DNA from: Parachlamydiales bacterium | GTDB taxonomy: Bacteria > Chlamydiota > Chlamydiia > Chlamydiales > SM23-39 | DNA: 64,000 nucleotides | Reading direction: 5' to 3' | Assembly: GCA_016931275.1 (NCBI GenBank) | Contig: JAFGFA010000009.1 | Location: 7,513 to 71,512 of the forward strand | Shown here: positions 10,197-20,513 of the stretch, one piece after another | Layout: the number at the start of each line of letters is the position of its first letter | Numbering within the stretch: the stretch's first letter is position 1 | Program-made: the position numbers and the translations under genes | Notes under the pieces: model-generated | Databases searched by the model: none | What the model was told of the DNA's origin: nothing | The model's input: only the letters and a program-made list of their open reading frames with translations

Positions 10197-11356
10197 AGCT
10201 TTTTCCCTATATTTTTTTCTTTTTATTGTACGTGTTCTCGTTACAGGCAGAGATCAATGGAAATTGCAAAAATTACGGTATTTATTATCATTGTAAAACA
10301 TCCAAGGACGATATCCGTTTTCTAGATATCTTTCGACTGAAAATGTCTAAACAACTATCAGAGGCCGTATATGGTGAAATAACCTATGAGCTTACTCCTA
10401 TGATCTCACGTAAGCCCATTATTGAGACCGTTTTTCCTCTTACGACTTTTTCTTACGACGGCTATAGTTATCGTATTGTCGATCTAAAAGATCCTCTCGT
10501 TCATAGAGGTTCCCACATAAAAGTTTTCCAAAATCTCGACCGGGTCATGCTAAGCTTGAACCTGCCTAACTGCGACATCACTCTCGGAAGACAACCGATC
10601 TCCTTCGGGGTAGCCAGAGCTGTAAGTCCTACCGATATTATTACGCCCTATCCCTATTATACGATCGATTCAGAAAATCGCATTGGCGTCGATGCCTCAA
10701 GAGCTATTTGTTCTTTTTCAGATCTTTCTCAAATAGATATGGGTGTGGTCGCCGGCAAAGATGCCAAAGTAAAAAATTCTCTGATGTTTATTTCTCCTTC
10801 TTTTAATGTCGCAAAAAATGACATAGCCCCTATTTTCATCTATTTTAAGAACAATTACTTACTTGGGCTCAATGTTCAACGCCCAATTTGGAATATGGGA
10901 TTTTGGGTGGAAAGTGCTTACGTATTTGCAGGAACAGAAAAAGCTTCCATTAAGAATCGCAACTATTTTTCTTTATCGACAGGAATGGACTATAACTTTA
11001 CCGATTCAATCTATGCCTATTTAGAATATCACTATAATGGCGCTGGAACAGTCCATAAACACAACTATCTATCCAATCTTTTTCAAGTGGCCTACTTTGA
11101 AGGAAATGTCTATTTGATGGGCAAACACTACCTAATCCCTTCGATAAATTATGAAATATCCCCTCTTTGGAATCTCAATGCCGTTCTTTTTATGAACCTA
11201 TGCGACCTTTCCGCTTCATTCAATACCGTATTGGAATATAATATTGTCAAAAACACCTATCTCGACTTCAATGCCTTGATCAATATCGGTTCCCCTAATA
11301 GCGAGTTTCATCGATTTTCCGATCGTTATTATCTAGCGGTGAGATACTATTTTTGA
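10193..11356 (+). CDS. putative outer membrane beta-barrel protein
   Basis: Overlaps the ATPase gene by 4 nt (ATGA). Has a signal peptide, alternating-hydrophobicity segments and a C-terminal aromatic residue (RYYF). Confidence 0.55.
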   Translation: MKLFPYIFFFLLYVFSLQAEINGNCKNYGIYYHCKTSKDDIRFLDIFRLKMSKQLSEAVYGEITYELTPMISRKPIIETVFPLTTFSYDGYSYRIVDLKDPLVHRGSHIKVFQNLDRVMLSLNLPNCDITLGRQPISFGVARAVSPTDIITPYPYYTIDSENRIGVDASRAICSFSDLSQIDMGVVAGKDAKVKNSLMFISPSFNVAKNDIAPIFIYFKNNYLLGLNVQRPIWNMGFWVESAYVFAGTEKASIKNRNYFSLSTGMDYNFTDSIYAYLEYHYNGAGTVHKHNYLSNLFQVAYFEGNVYLMGKHYLIPSINYEISPLWNLNAVLFMNLCDLSASFNTVLEYNIVKNTYLDFNALINIGSPNSEFHRFSDRYYLAVRYYF

Positions 11357-11497
11357 CTTGCAGATCGCAAGGCGAATATACAGAAATTTTCTATTTCTTA
11401 TGCAGAGAACACCCTGACGCAACTTAACGATTACTTGCTTTCATTGATCCAATCAATCACAATAGACCCATAAAACCTAAAAATAGGAAGACCCTAT

Positions 11498-11842
11498 ATG
11501 GACATGCCTATAAGCTTTGCCAAAAATCCTGGCCAATCTCCACATAAATATTTGCTCAACCTTCTCAAACAATTTCACAAAAAAATTCTCCGTTCTTCTG
11601 ATGCCGAAGAACTTAACCAAGAGATGGAAGCCATTATTAATGCCTCCAGGGATATCCCGTGGAAAGAAAAAAATGGGGCTATCCACAAAAAATCTGGTCC
11701 CAAAAAAACCTTCGACAAACTGTTTAATGAATTCAAACGATATTCTCTTTCTCTAGAAGCAAAAGAATTTATTTCCAACCAAGACCTATTAGATATATTA
11801 GAGGAGACCATTCATCTAATTGAGGAAGAGCCTATCCCCTAG
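11498..11842 (+). CDS. hypothetical protein
   Basis: 114-aa ORF in an otherwise empty spacer, helical and charged. No recognisable motif. Confidence 0.4.
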   Translation: MDMPISFAKNPGQSPHKYLLNLLKQFHKKILRSSDAEELNQEMEAIINASRDIPWKEKNGAIHKKSGPKKTFDKLFNEFKRYSLSLEAKEFISNQDLLDILEETIHLIEEEPIP

Positions 11843-11878
11843 TTTTCTAATACACATACTTAATAAAGGATCCTAAAT

Positions 11879-12817
11879 ATGCATATTTTATTATCTTGTT
11901 TTTGTTTTTTTATGGCCTTATTCCCCTTTTCTACTAAAGCTGCTGACATTGCAACAAAAAACGACTCTGGCCCTTTCATAAAAGCTATTGACCATAATTT
12001 TTCTTTGCAACAGATACAGTCTTTAATAAAAGACGGGGCCAATATTGATAAACAATATGATAGGGATTCCTACTCCTTCATGCCTATTCATTATGCTATT
12101 AAAGAAAAAAAGACAACGATGGCCTTACGCCTCATCGAAGCGGGAGCCGATATGGAAGCACGGGATTCGAATGGATTCTCTCCCCTTTTGCTAGCTGCCA
12201 GCCTTGATAATACAACTCTTGTTCACTCTCTAATAGCTAAAGGAGCCGATATCTACGCCAAAACAAAGGACTCTGAAAATCTTCTATTTCTTACTTCCAA
12301 CAGAGAATTAGCCGCTCTTTTCCTGGAATTAGGTTTGGACATTCATGCTAAGAACCATTTTCTGCAAACACCCCTGCTCAAGGCTTCAAGCCTTGGAAGA
12401 ACGGCAATGGTCCAACTCCTAATCGATCGTCATGCATATCTGGAAGATCGTGATATGCGGGGCAACACGCCTCTTGATAGAGCTGCTAAATATAATCATC
12501 ATGAAATTGCCAAGAGTCTTATTCTAGCAGGCGCTCATATCAATACCCAAAATCACGATGGCCTCACTCCTCTTATGAGGGCAGCTTCAAAGAACCACGT
12601 TAATATGATACAATTGCTTCATCAAAACGGAGCAAACCCTCATCTAAAAACCTTCAAAAATATGCATTTGCCGGAATTCGATCTCTGTCCCTGCTGTATT
12701 ACTCGTTTTGTTCCTAAAGGATCTTCCGCTCTGGATATCGCCAAAATTTTTTCCAATAATAGAGCAAAAAAAATCCTGATGACCCTAGGAGCCCCTTCCT
12801 ATACTTACCCTCGATAG
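11879..12817 (+). CDS. ankyrin repeat protein with signal peptide
   Basis: Signal peptide MHILLSCFCFFMALFPFSTKAADIA. Repeated G.(T/S)PL..A......(V/I)..L...GA modules (about 6-7). Confidence 0.85.
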   Translation: MHILLSCFCFFMALFPFSTKAADIATKNDSGPFIKAIDHNFSLQQIQSLIKDGANIDKQYDRDSYSFMPIHYAIKEKKTTMALRLIEAGADMEARDSNGFSPLLLAASLDNTTLVHSLIAKGADIYAKTKDSENLLFLTSNRELAALFLELGLDIHAKNHFLQTPLLKASSLGRTAMVQLLIDRHAYLEDRDMRGNTPLDRAAKYNHHEIAKSLILAGAHINTQNHDGLTPLMRAASKNHVNMIQLLHQNGANPHLKTFKNMHLPEFDLCPCCITRFVPKGSSALDIAKIFSNNRAKKILMTLGAPSYTYPR

Positions 12818-12826
12818 GAACTCCTC

Positions 12827-15052
12827 TTAAATCCACAACAAGCCTATTTGATATACTACTAACGTAATCACGTATGCAACCCCTGTCAATACGGCAAATT
12901 GCATCCATGCCCACTTCCAAGATCCCATTTCGTTCCTGGTCACCACAAAAGTACCCATACAGGGAATACTAATAAGAATAAACAAGAGGACACAAAATCC
13001 TTGCAAAGGGGAATAATGTTCCTGAAGCTTATTCTGCAATGTCTGAGGATGTTTTTCTCCGGCAGAATACACCACTCCCATCTGGGCGACAAAAACTTCT
13101 TTTGCTGCAAAAGCTCCCATCAGAGCCGTATCGATCCTCCAATCAAATCCCAGAGGACGAAAAAAAGGTTCTATAAAATGACCTATTCTTCCAATAAGAG
13201 TGTACGAAAGCATCTCTTTTTGCTTTTCTAATTGTAATTGGCTAACAGACCTTGCATATTCCTTATATTGCATCACAAAATTTTTGGAGGTTATATTCGT
13301 CGGCTTCTCGAGAAACGGATTTTCCAAACTTCCATTTTTTACTTTGGCAGCATATTCTTGTATATCTGAAGAATCGATCTGCGCCAGCACATTTTCATAC
13401 TTTTTTGTCAGAGAACGAAACGTCAAAGAATAATCCCTTGATAATTCTCTTTTAACAGGAAATACGCTCAAAACCCAAAGAAAGCACGAAAATCCTAAAA
13501 TTAATGTTCCGGCCTTTTTTAAATAACTATAAGCCTGGAACCAGGTATGAATGATCATGATCTTTAGGGAAGGACGATGATAGGGAGGCAGTTCCATTAC
13601 AAAGCCGAGATTTTCCCCTTTAAATAAGGTTTTTCTTAAAAACCATGCATAGGTCGTCGCCAGAACCACTCCTATAAAATAAAAAAGGAACAGAATAATA
13701 GGACTCCAAAAAGAGGAAAAAAAAGAGGGAATAAATAGGGTAAAAACCACTAGCTTAGCGCTGCATGCAAATAAAGGGATTACCATAATGCTCACAATAC
13801 GATCGCGCTTGGTCTCCAATGTCCGAGTGGCCATAATCGCCGGTACACTACATCCAAATCCCAGAAGCATAGGCACAAAACTTCTTCCATGAAGGCCGAT
13901 CTTATGCATAAAGCGATCCATCAGAAATGCGGCTCGAGCCATGTAACCGGAGCTTTCTAAAAACCCCAAAGAGAAAAAAAGCAAAACGATATTCGGAAGG
14001 AAGACCAGGACCGATCCCACTCCTTCCAAGAGGCCATTAATAATTAGAGATAGAAGAAAAGGATACTGTTCATCAGGCCAATGGTTCACAATGATTGTTT
14101 CTGTCCAATGCAAAAAATCTTTGAGCCCGTTGGTTGGATATTCGCCCAAACGAAAGGTGAATTGAAAAAGCAAAAATAATACGATAAAAAAAAGAGGCAA
14201 TCCCCAATGTTTATGCAACAAGACCCCATCAAGACGGTCCGAAAAGCTTTTTTGTCTTTTTTCTGTAAAAGAAAGTCCCTTTTCGCATAAAGAATCGATA
14301 AAAGCGTATCGCTCCTGGGCAATGATCTCCTCAGGAGTAAGATTCATCTTCTCTATAATCTGAAATCGTAATGATTGAGCCTTTTTTTCGATATCGGAGA
14401 TAAAATGATCGGTTTCATCCGCTTCCAAGAGTTTAATGGCATGCCATCGCTGAGACCTTTCTGTGCTTTGTTCATGCATCATAGATGTCAAGGCATGAAT
14501 AGCTTCTTCTATCGATAAAGAAAAATTCATATTGACCCCAGCACGGTCTCTTTTTTCTTTAGCAATTTTAACGGCCTCTTCTAAAATTTTCGAAAGCCCC
14601 TTTTTAGACCTGCCGACAGTGGTGACAATAGGAAGTTCTAGAACAGCACTAAAATACGGTACATCGATGACCATTTGTTCTTTTTGAACCATGTCCATCA
14701 TATTAAAAACTAGCAGCAAGGGCAGTCCTAATTCCATAAGCTGCAGTGTTAAAAAAAGACTTCTATGAATATTGGCGGCATCAATAATTTGCACTACAGC
14801 ATCCGGAGATTCTTCTAAAAGATAGTTCCTCGCAATAACTTCTTCTTCAGAATGTACGGAAAGGCTATAAATTCCGGGAAGATCAATGATCTCTATCTCT
14901 GTTTCTCGACAAGAACAAAACCCCACTTTCTTTTCTACGGTGACTCCAGGATAATTGGCTACTTTTTGTTGAGCCCCTGTCAAATAATTAAAAATAGTTG
15001 TTTTTCCAGAATTAGGATTACCCGCAAGTGCAATGGTCAATTTTTGTTTCAT
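12827..15052 (-). CDS. feoB: ferrous iron transporter FeoB
   Basis: N-terminal G domain GNPNSGKTT, DLPG, and a large polytopic membrane domain. Confidence 0.93.
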   Translation of the reverse strand: MKQKLTIALAGNPNSGKTTIFNYLTGAQQKVANYPGVTVEKKVGFCSCRETEIEIIDLPGIYSLSVHSEEEVIARNYLLEESPDAVVQIIDAANIHRSLFLTLQLMELGLPLLLVFNMMDMVQKEQMVIDVPYFSAVLELPIVTTVGRSKKGLSKILEEAVKIAKEKRDRAGVNMNFSLSIEEAIHALTSMMHEQSTERSQRWHAIKLLEADETDHFISDIEKKAQSLRFQIIEKMNLTPEEIIAQERYAFIDSLCEKGLSFTEKRQKSFSDRLDGVLLHKHWGLPLFFIVLFLLFQFTFRLGEYPTNGLKDFLHWTETIIVNHWPDEQYPFLLSLIINGLLEGVGSVLVFLPNIVLLFFSLGFLESSGYMARAAFLMDRFMHKIGLHGRSFVPMLLGFGCSVPAIMATRTLETKRDRIVSIMVIPLFACSAKLVVFTLFIPSFFSSFWSPIILFLFYFIGVVLATTYAWFLRKTLFKGENLGFVMELPPYHRPSLKIMIIHTWFQAYSYLKKAGTLILGFSCFLWVLSVFPVKRELSRDYSLTFRSLTKKYENVLAQIDSSDIQEYAAKVKNGSLENPFLEKPTNITSKNFVMQYKEYARSVSQLQLEKQKEMLSYTLIGRIGHFIEPFFRPLGFDWRIDTALMGAFAAKEVFVAQMGVVYSAGEKHPQTLQNKLQEHYSPLQGFCVLLFILISIPCMGTFVVTRNEMGSWKWAWMQFAVLTGVAYVITLVVYQIGLLWI

Positions 15053-15276
15053 ACCACCTGGACTTCGATTTTTTCAGCAATACCTCTGCCTAGAACAAGA
15101 CGGCAATTTTGTATCCTAACAATTAAGGGAAATCGACAATCATTGCGTACCACAACACATTTCACACCTACAACAATTCCCATAGAATGCAATTTAGTAT
15201 GTAACTCCCGTCCCCCCATGATCTCAATGATTTGAACCGTCTGATTTTTTTGAACCTCGCTTAACAGCATGCCCAC
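15049..15276 (-). CDS. feoA: ferrous iron transport protein FeoA
   Basis: 75-aa SH3-like protein, 4-nt overlap with feoB. L.E......V.I............L..MG motif. Confidence 0.85.
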   Translation of the reverse strand: MGMLLSEVQKNQTVQIIEIMGGRELHTKLHSMGIVVGVKCVVVRNDCRFPLIVRIQNCRLVLGRGIAEKIEVQVV

Positions 15277-15400
15277 CTATAGGAGAAAAACAAGATTTTA
15301 TGACAAAGCATATTTTATAGCTATGACCTTAAGTATTAACATCTCTTACCGAGACTACCTATTAAAAGTTAAATAATATGTTTATCCTTTCTGCCAATTT

Positions 15401-16591
15401 CTAATGAGAGACCAATGCAATAGCCTCTAATATCATCACAAAACAAGCCACCAGTAAAATCAATACTAGGGAAGGCTTTCCTCCTGCAAGAGGTCTTTCA
15501 GAAAGAAGTTTCTTTCGATATCTTCCTATCCACACAATCCACGCAGGCAAAATGCCATTAAGGAAGGCTTCTCCAAATCCTCCGGCGATTCCAAGGGCTT
15601 GTACAAAAATAGAAGGATCGAGGGTTGCTATAATAAATGGAGGGACAAAGGTGAGAAAACATAAAGAAATCCTATGATATCCGTGACGTTGCATCTTTAA
15701 TCCATCTCCCAAAAAATCAACGATGGAAAAAGAGACTCCCAGCATGGACGTCACGATAGCAAAAAGACTAAAAAATTTCCCGGCCTGCTGTATCCACATT
15801 TTTCCGGTCAGCGCCTGCAGAGCAAATGTCACAGGTTGTCCGGCTTTTAATGTTTTTTCTACCACTTCTTGGGGAATAGAACCGATGATCAGCCATTGCC
15901 ATAAGATATAGACTACCAGAGGAATGAGAGTTCCCCATAATATGCATTTCCTCATAACTTTGGCATTCATATGAAAGTGAGAAGTAAGAGACGGAATCAC
16001 ATTGTGATATCCAAAAGCAGCAAAGAGAATAGGGGCCGCATAAAAAATTTTATTCCAGTGCTGAACCTGTAATTTTTCTAGGACAACAATTTCAGTTCCT
16101 CCGCCAATCAAGGCTACATAAGACACAACCAGTCCTATCATAAGGATGTAATTAACTCGGCCGATGAATTTTAACCCAAAAGCAACAATCATTCCAAAAA
16201 TAAAACCAAAAAGAGCAAACGCCCAAATTCCGGTAATTTCTGTACCAATAAAAGGAGTAATAAAGGACATGAAAACAGGAGTGCCTCCCGCAAAATAAGC
16301 AATCATAAGACAATAGTAGAGAAAAACAAAAACACTCCCAGAAAAAACGCGTCCCTTTTTTCCTAAAAATCGCTCGGCTATAGATAAGACATTAGCTCCG
16401 GAATGCAACCACAGAGTCGCTTCTAAAAAGAGAAGGCCTGTAGCATACATAAATAACCATACTAAAACCGTAATACCAATGGCTGGAATAAATCCCGCCT
16501 CTCCAGTGACAAGAGGTATTCCCAACATTCCAGCCCCAATGGTGGTTCCTCCAATCAAAAGAGATCCAGTAATAATGTCTCTTGTTTTCAT
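15401..16591 (-). CDS. aromatic amino acid permease (TyrP/Mtr/TnaB, HAAAP family)
   Basis: N-terminus GSLLIGGTTIGAGMLGIPL, about 11 TM segments. Confidence 0.85.
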   Translation of the reverse strand: MKTRDIITGSLLIGGTTIGAGMLGIPLVTGEAGFIPAIGITVLVWLFMYATGLLFLEATLWLHSGANVLSIAERFLGKKGRVFSGSVFVFLYYCLMIAYFAGGTPVFMSFITPFIGTEITGIWAFALFGFIFGMIVAFGLKFIGRVNYILMIGLVVSYVALIGGGTEIVVLEKLQVQHWNKIFYAAPILFAAFGYHNVIPSLTSHFHMNAKVMRKCILWGTLIPLVVYILWQWLIIGSIPQEVVEKTLKAGQPVTFALQALTGKMWIQQAGKFFSLFAIVTSMLGVSFSIVDFLGDGLKMQRHGYHRISLCFLTFVPPFIIATLDPSIFVQALGIAGGFGEAFLNGILPAWIVWIGRYRKKLLSERPLAGGKPSLVLILLVACFVMILEAIALVSH

Positions 16592-16705
16592 TAAAATTCC
16601 ATTTTTATAGAAAAATAGTATAATAAGATCTGAATTAAAGGAACACTCAAAATTATACGTATTTTAAAAATTAAAGTTATTCCGGGCGCTTCTAAAACCG
16701 AGATC

Positions 16706-16921
16706 GTGAATTATCAAGAACATATCCTCAAAATTCGCATTAAAGCACCTCCGGAAAAAAACAAGGCGAATATTGCTTTAATTACATTTTTAGCGCAATT
16801 TTTGCATATTCCTAAAACATCGATCACTCTCATACAAGGGAGTGCTAGCCGGATGAAAACTATCCGCATCGATCTAGAAGATCCCTCAAAAATTGATCAT
16901 ATATTACGGAGTCTGAGCTAA
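16706..16921 (+). CDS. DUF167 (YggU) family protein; the real start probably lies upstream
   Basis: EKNKANIALITFLAQFLHIPKTSITLIQGSASRMKTIRI matches the YggU core. The conserved first strand (LKIKVIPGASKTEIV) is encoded in frame upstream of the GTG at 16706. The frame is open from 16634 with no ATG, GTG or TTG. Confidence 0.7.
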   Translation: MNYQEHILKIRIKAPPEKNKANIALITFLAQFLHIPKTSITLIQGSASRMKTIRIDLEDPSKIDHILRSLS

Positions 16922-17224
16922 CGAGATTTTTTCTTTTTGCAAATCTTCGATTTTTTGATTAATTTCTTGCACAAGAGCCTTTGAACTCTGAGCTAACTGC
17001 CAATATTTTTTAGCCGAGGAAAGTTCTGTATTCTGAAACTGCAATCGATTCGCTTCGGACTCATAAAATTCGATACGCCCTTCTAACCCTCTCTTTTCTT
17101 GTTGTAAAACGGTAATTTGTCGATCAATGTGCTCTATTTGCTCTTGTTTCGACAAGGCAAAACTTCCACATATCGGCATCAAAACCATCAAAAAACCTAC
17201 CCACATTAAGAAAAAATTTTTCAT
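16904..17224 (-). CDS. secreted coiled-coil protein (hypothetical)
   Basis: The internal ATG at 17224 gives the signal peptide MKNFFLMWVGFLMVLMPICGSFALS followed by heptad-rich sequence. The longer ORF-track start (17326) would overlap the divergent gene. Confidence 0.5.
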   Translation of the reverse strand: MKNFFLMWVGFLMVLMPICGSFALSKQEQIEHIDRQITVLQQEKRGLEGRIEFYESEANRLQFQNTELSSAKKYWQLAQSSKALVQEINQKIEDLQKEKISLAQTP

Positions 17225-17288
17225 TCTACGCTCAACTATTTCTTTTTTTACCATTCTTGATATACTATTTTTCTTCAAGGTTAGTTTT

Positions 17289-18263
17289 GTGAAATATTTT
17301 ATAGGAATCTTTTTTTTCATTTTCACCTTATACGCAGAGCCTGCGACTGTTAAGGATCGATTATTACAAGGGAAAAAAGGCGATTTTATTATTTCTGAAA
17401 AAGATCACCTTTATACAGCTCTAATTATCCATGAGATTCAAAATGATTATATCATTTTAGAACAAGTATGCACTGTGCAAAAACCCGATAGCTGGAAGCA
17501 ATGGCTGGAATCCGCTCGGAAAGGTGCTACCTCTTGGAACATGTTCTATATAGATCTCTATCATAATGAACTGATCGATATATATTCTCCTTTGCAAAAA
17601 AAACATTATATCCCCGAAACATCTTCTCATTTCATCATGACTTTATGTAATCTTCCTCTAAAACAAACCCCAGAAAATCAGCAAAAAAAAATTGGACCGC
17701 CTCCACCTTCGGGGGAACTGGACAGAAGACCCTTATGGAAACCCTCAAAATTTGTTGATGGGAAAAAAGAGCCTTTTAGTTCCCTAGATATTCGTACAAT
17801 TCGCTGGCCTGACGATCACTCTGAATTTTCCGGAAAATTATGTGATCTCTATTTTGATCACGATTTTGCTTTTCCTTTTTGGGGACAAATACGAACAGGA
17901 CATCTTCAAATTATCATGCATTCTATAGACTCTGGGAAAAATCTATCCAACAACATATCCTTTCCCGACTTACCACCCTCTCTTCTTGATCAAACTCTTG
18001 AAGAAGATTACATATTCTTGACTTTACAATCTTATCCTCGTCAACAAGACATTCTTCTGTACATTGTAGAAAACAGTCAATTCCCTAAAAAGATCACTCC
18101 TATAACATATTCTGTTGAGAAAAAAGGAACAAAAATTTATGCAAAAATTCCTATAGAACCCATCAAACAAATTCTAACACAAAATTCTCCCTATCAATGG
18201 ATAATATCGAGCCGACAAGCTCCTCATAAAACCTTGGAAGTACCGGGGAAAATTTTTAAATAA
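17289..18263 (+). CDS. hypothetical secreted protein
   Basis: The GTG at 17289 gives (M)KYFIGIFFFIFTLYAEP, a signal-like N-terminus. The ORF-track start at 17127 would read antisense through the neighbouring gene. Confidence 0.55.
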   Translation: MKYFIGIFFFIFTLYAEPATVKDRLLQGKKGDFIISEKDHLYTALIIHEIQNDYIILEQVCTVQKPDSWKQWLESARKGATSWNMFYIDLYHNELIDIYSPLQKKHYIPETSSHFIMTLCNLPLKQTPENQQKKIGPPPPSGELDRRPLWKPSKFVDGKKEPFSSLDIRTIRWPDDHSEFSGKLCDLYFDHDFAFPFWGQIRTGHLQIIMHSIDSGKNLSNNISFPDLPPSLLDQTLEEDYIFLTLQSYPRQQDILLYIVENSQFPKKITPITYSVEKKGTKIYAKIPIEPIKQILTQNSPYQWIISSRQAPHKTLEVPGKIFK

Positions 18264-18435
18264 CCCTCGTTTTTTCTTAATAATTTTCCGACATTATTCT
18301 TAAAGAAACAATCTTTTTAAAACTCTTAACTGATTCAAAAATAGAAGAATAACAAATCCGGATTTTACACAATCTTAATAAAACAAGCGATGTTATGAAC
18401 AACCTACCTCTCACAAATTGTACCTCCCTATTTTT

Positions 18436-18462
18436 AAAAGGTTTATATCCAAAACCTTTTTT
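18436..18462 (+). terminator. candidate rho-independent terminator
   Basis: AAAAGGTTT-atatcca-AAACCTTTT followed by a T run. The stem is AT-rich and lies about 170 nt after the stop at 18263. Confidence 0.35.
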
Positions 18463-18656
18463 ATCACGATTTCTCAAGCCTCTTAAAATAAAGGCATTAT
18501 GTGCTATTTTTTTTAAGAACCTGGACAGAAATCAAGATCAAAGACTCGAATCTGTACGCAAAAATTTTTTGAAGTTGTTAACAAATTTTCCACAAAAACG
18601 CCTTTGCCTTTTTATTTAAAGATGTTATGTTCATGAAATAAAAAGTGTTTTGCCCT

Positions 18657-20513
18657 ATGAGAACATCTAAGCCCCTAAAAAAAATAAAGAAAGAACTACA
18701 TTCTCTTTATTACTACTACAAAAGAAAAAGAGAGACCCTATCCGAAGAGACCCAAAAATCGTTTGAAATGTTATTGCTTTCAGCACAAGAAGCTATAACT
18801 CAAAAAGATCTTCTTGCTTTGCAAGAATACATGCAAGAACTAGAAAAATTACAAAAAGTCCATCTACCGAAAAAGAAATTCTACCGATATTTAGAATCTT
18901 TTCTAGGACTTATTTTCTTTATAATCGTGATCATTTTAATACGACAGATGTGGTTTGAAAATTACAACATTCCTAGCGGATCTATGCGTCCTACTTTTCG
19001 AGAAAATGATTTTCTAATCGTATCTAAAACACCTTTTAATATTAATACGCCTACGGTACTGGGACATTATTATTTCGATGATTCTCTACTGAATCGAGGG
19101 GATACTGTCATCTTTAGTGCCAGCGGCCTTGATTTTGTCGATACCGACACAAAATATCTCTGGATCATTCCTGGAAAAAAACAGTTCATCAAACGATTAA
19201 TTGCCAAACCAGGAGATACCATTTATTTTTATGGGAAAAAAATGTATGGCATCGATGCTGCCGGCAATGAAATTCTTGAATTTTCCACAGATCCTTGGTT
19301 TAAAAGTATTGCCCATATTCCTTTTATTCGTTTTGAAGGAAGAACTAAATATTTAGAAAAATCTCTTCCTAATGTCGTTTCTTCCGTCATGATCTATCAG
19401 ATGAACCAGCCTCTTGCCCAGATTTCTATTCTTCCTTCGGGAAAAGTAGAAGGAACTCTCCTACAAAAAAATGAGCTATTGCCAGTCCATGACTTTGGAG
19501 AATTTTGGGGTATTAATAATTATGGCATGTCTCGCATTCTGACCAAACAACTCGCTCAAATCTATAATCCAGAACCTATGCCGGAAGCTGATTATTATTT
19601 AGAAATCACGCATCATCCTTCCATCCGCCCTCCTCAAGCGTCTACGACTTTCTATGCAAAAAAATATTTTTCTTTTGTACAACCGGAATTAAGAACTTCC
19701 CGTTCCTATCTACCTTTGGATCAAAAACATCTTGAGAAAATCTTGCATCATATGACCACTTCTCGTTTTTATGTTAAAGAAGGTTTTGCTTTTGTTCGCA
19801 ATGAAAAACAAACAAACCTCCCCTATTTTAAAAATGTCCCTAATGGATGTTATGAATTTATTCAGGGAAAAGCGTATCAGGTTTTTTTCGGAGGAATCCT
19901 GAAACAACTGTCTCCTTTGCATCCTCTATACAATACCAATCCGGAACAAATTATTCTTCTCTATAATTTAGGCATTGAATTCAGCACGTATTACGCTCCT
20001 AACGACTCTGATACTTCTTTGCACCCTTCAAGATATGCCTATTACGACTATGGGGATCTTTGCCTCATGGACGCTTCCATCTTTACACGGGAAGATCCTG
20101 TTTTAATTGACTTTATTCAAAGAGAACATGAAAAAGCTTCTTCTCAACTATTGAACATCCCCTATTTTCCTTTTGATGATGCCGGCGCACCTGTAGATAC
20201 CAACGGGAAAATTAACAAAGACTTCATTCGACAATATGGGTTGATTGTCCCACAAGATCGTTATCTCGTTTTAGGAGATAATTATGCCGTAAGCGCAGAC
20301 AGCCGTGAATTTGGATTTGTTCCTCAAGAAAATCTTCGAGGGAAAGCGAGTTTTATCATTTGGCCATTTGGCCCCCGATTCGGAAGAATTTTCCAACCAT
20401 CAACACCCTGGATTACATTTCCGCATTGTTCTGTTTGGGGAATTGCTCTCATAGCTATTGTAGGAAGTATTTTCTATAACAGAAGAAGAAATAAATCAAA
20501 ATTCCAATTCTAA
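18657..20513 (+). CDS. lepB: signal peptidase I, long chlamydial-type
   Basis: Catalytic Ser box IPSGSMRPTF, Lys box KRLIAKPGD, and GDNYAVSADSREFGFVP. The frame is open from the GTG at 18645; the ATG at 18657 was chosen. Confidence 0.9.
   Translation: MRTSKPLKKIKKELHSLYYYYKRKRETLSEETQKSFEMLLLSAQEAITQKDLLALQEYMQELEKLQKVHLPKKKFYRYLESFLGLIFFIIVIILIRQMWFENYNIPSGSMRPTFRENDFLIVSKTPFNINTPTVLGHYYFDDSLLNRGDTVIFSASGLDFVDTDTKYLWIIPGKKQFIKRLIAKPGDTIYFYGKKMYGIDAAGNEILEFSTDPWFKSIAHIPFIRFEGRTKYLEKSLPNVVSSVMIYQMNQPLAQISILPSGKVEGTLLQKNELLPVHDFGEFWGINNYGMSRILTKQLAQIYNPEPMPEADYYLEITHHPSIRPPQASTTFYAKKYFSFVQPELRTSRSYLPLDQKHLEKILHHMTTSRFYVKEGFAFVRNEKQTNLPYFKNVPNGCYEFIQGKAYQVFFGGILKQLSPLHPLYNTNPEQIILLYNLGIEFSTYYAPNDSDTSLHPSRYAYYDYGDLCLMDASIFTREDPVLIDFIQREHEKASSQLLNIPYFPFDDAGAPVDTNGKINKDFIRQYGLIVPQDRYLVLGDNYAVSADSREFGFVPQENLRGKASFIIWPFGPRFGRIFQPSTPWITFPHCSVWGIALIAIVGSIFYNRRRNKSKFQF

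Noticed and set aside
17127-17288. Long N-terminal extension of the 378-aa ORF (ORF-track start at 17127).
   Set aside because: The extension reads antisense through the divergent coiled-coil gene. The GTG at 17289 yields a signal-peptide-like start and a clean divergent arrangement.
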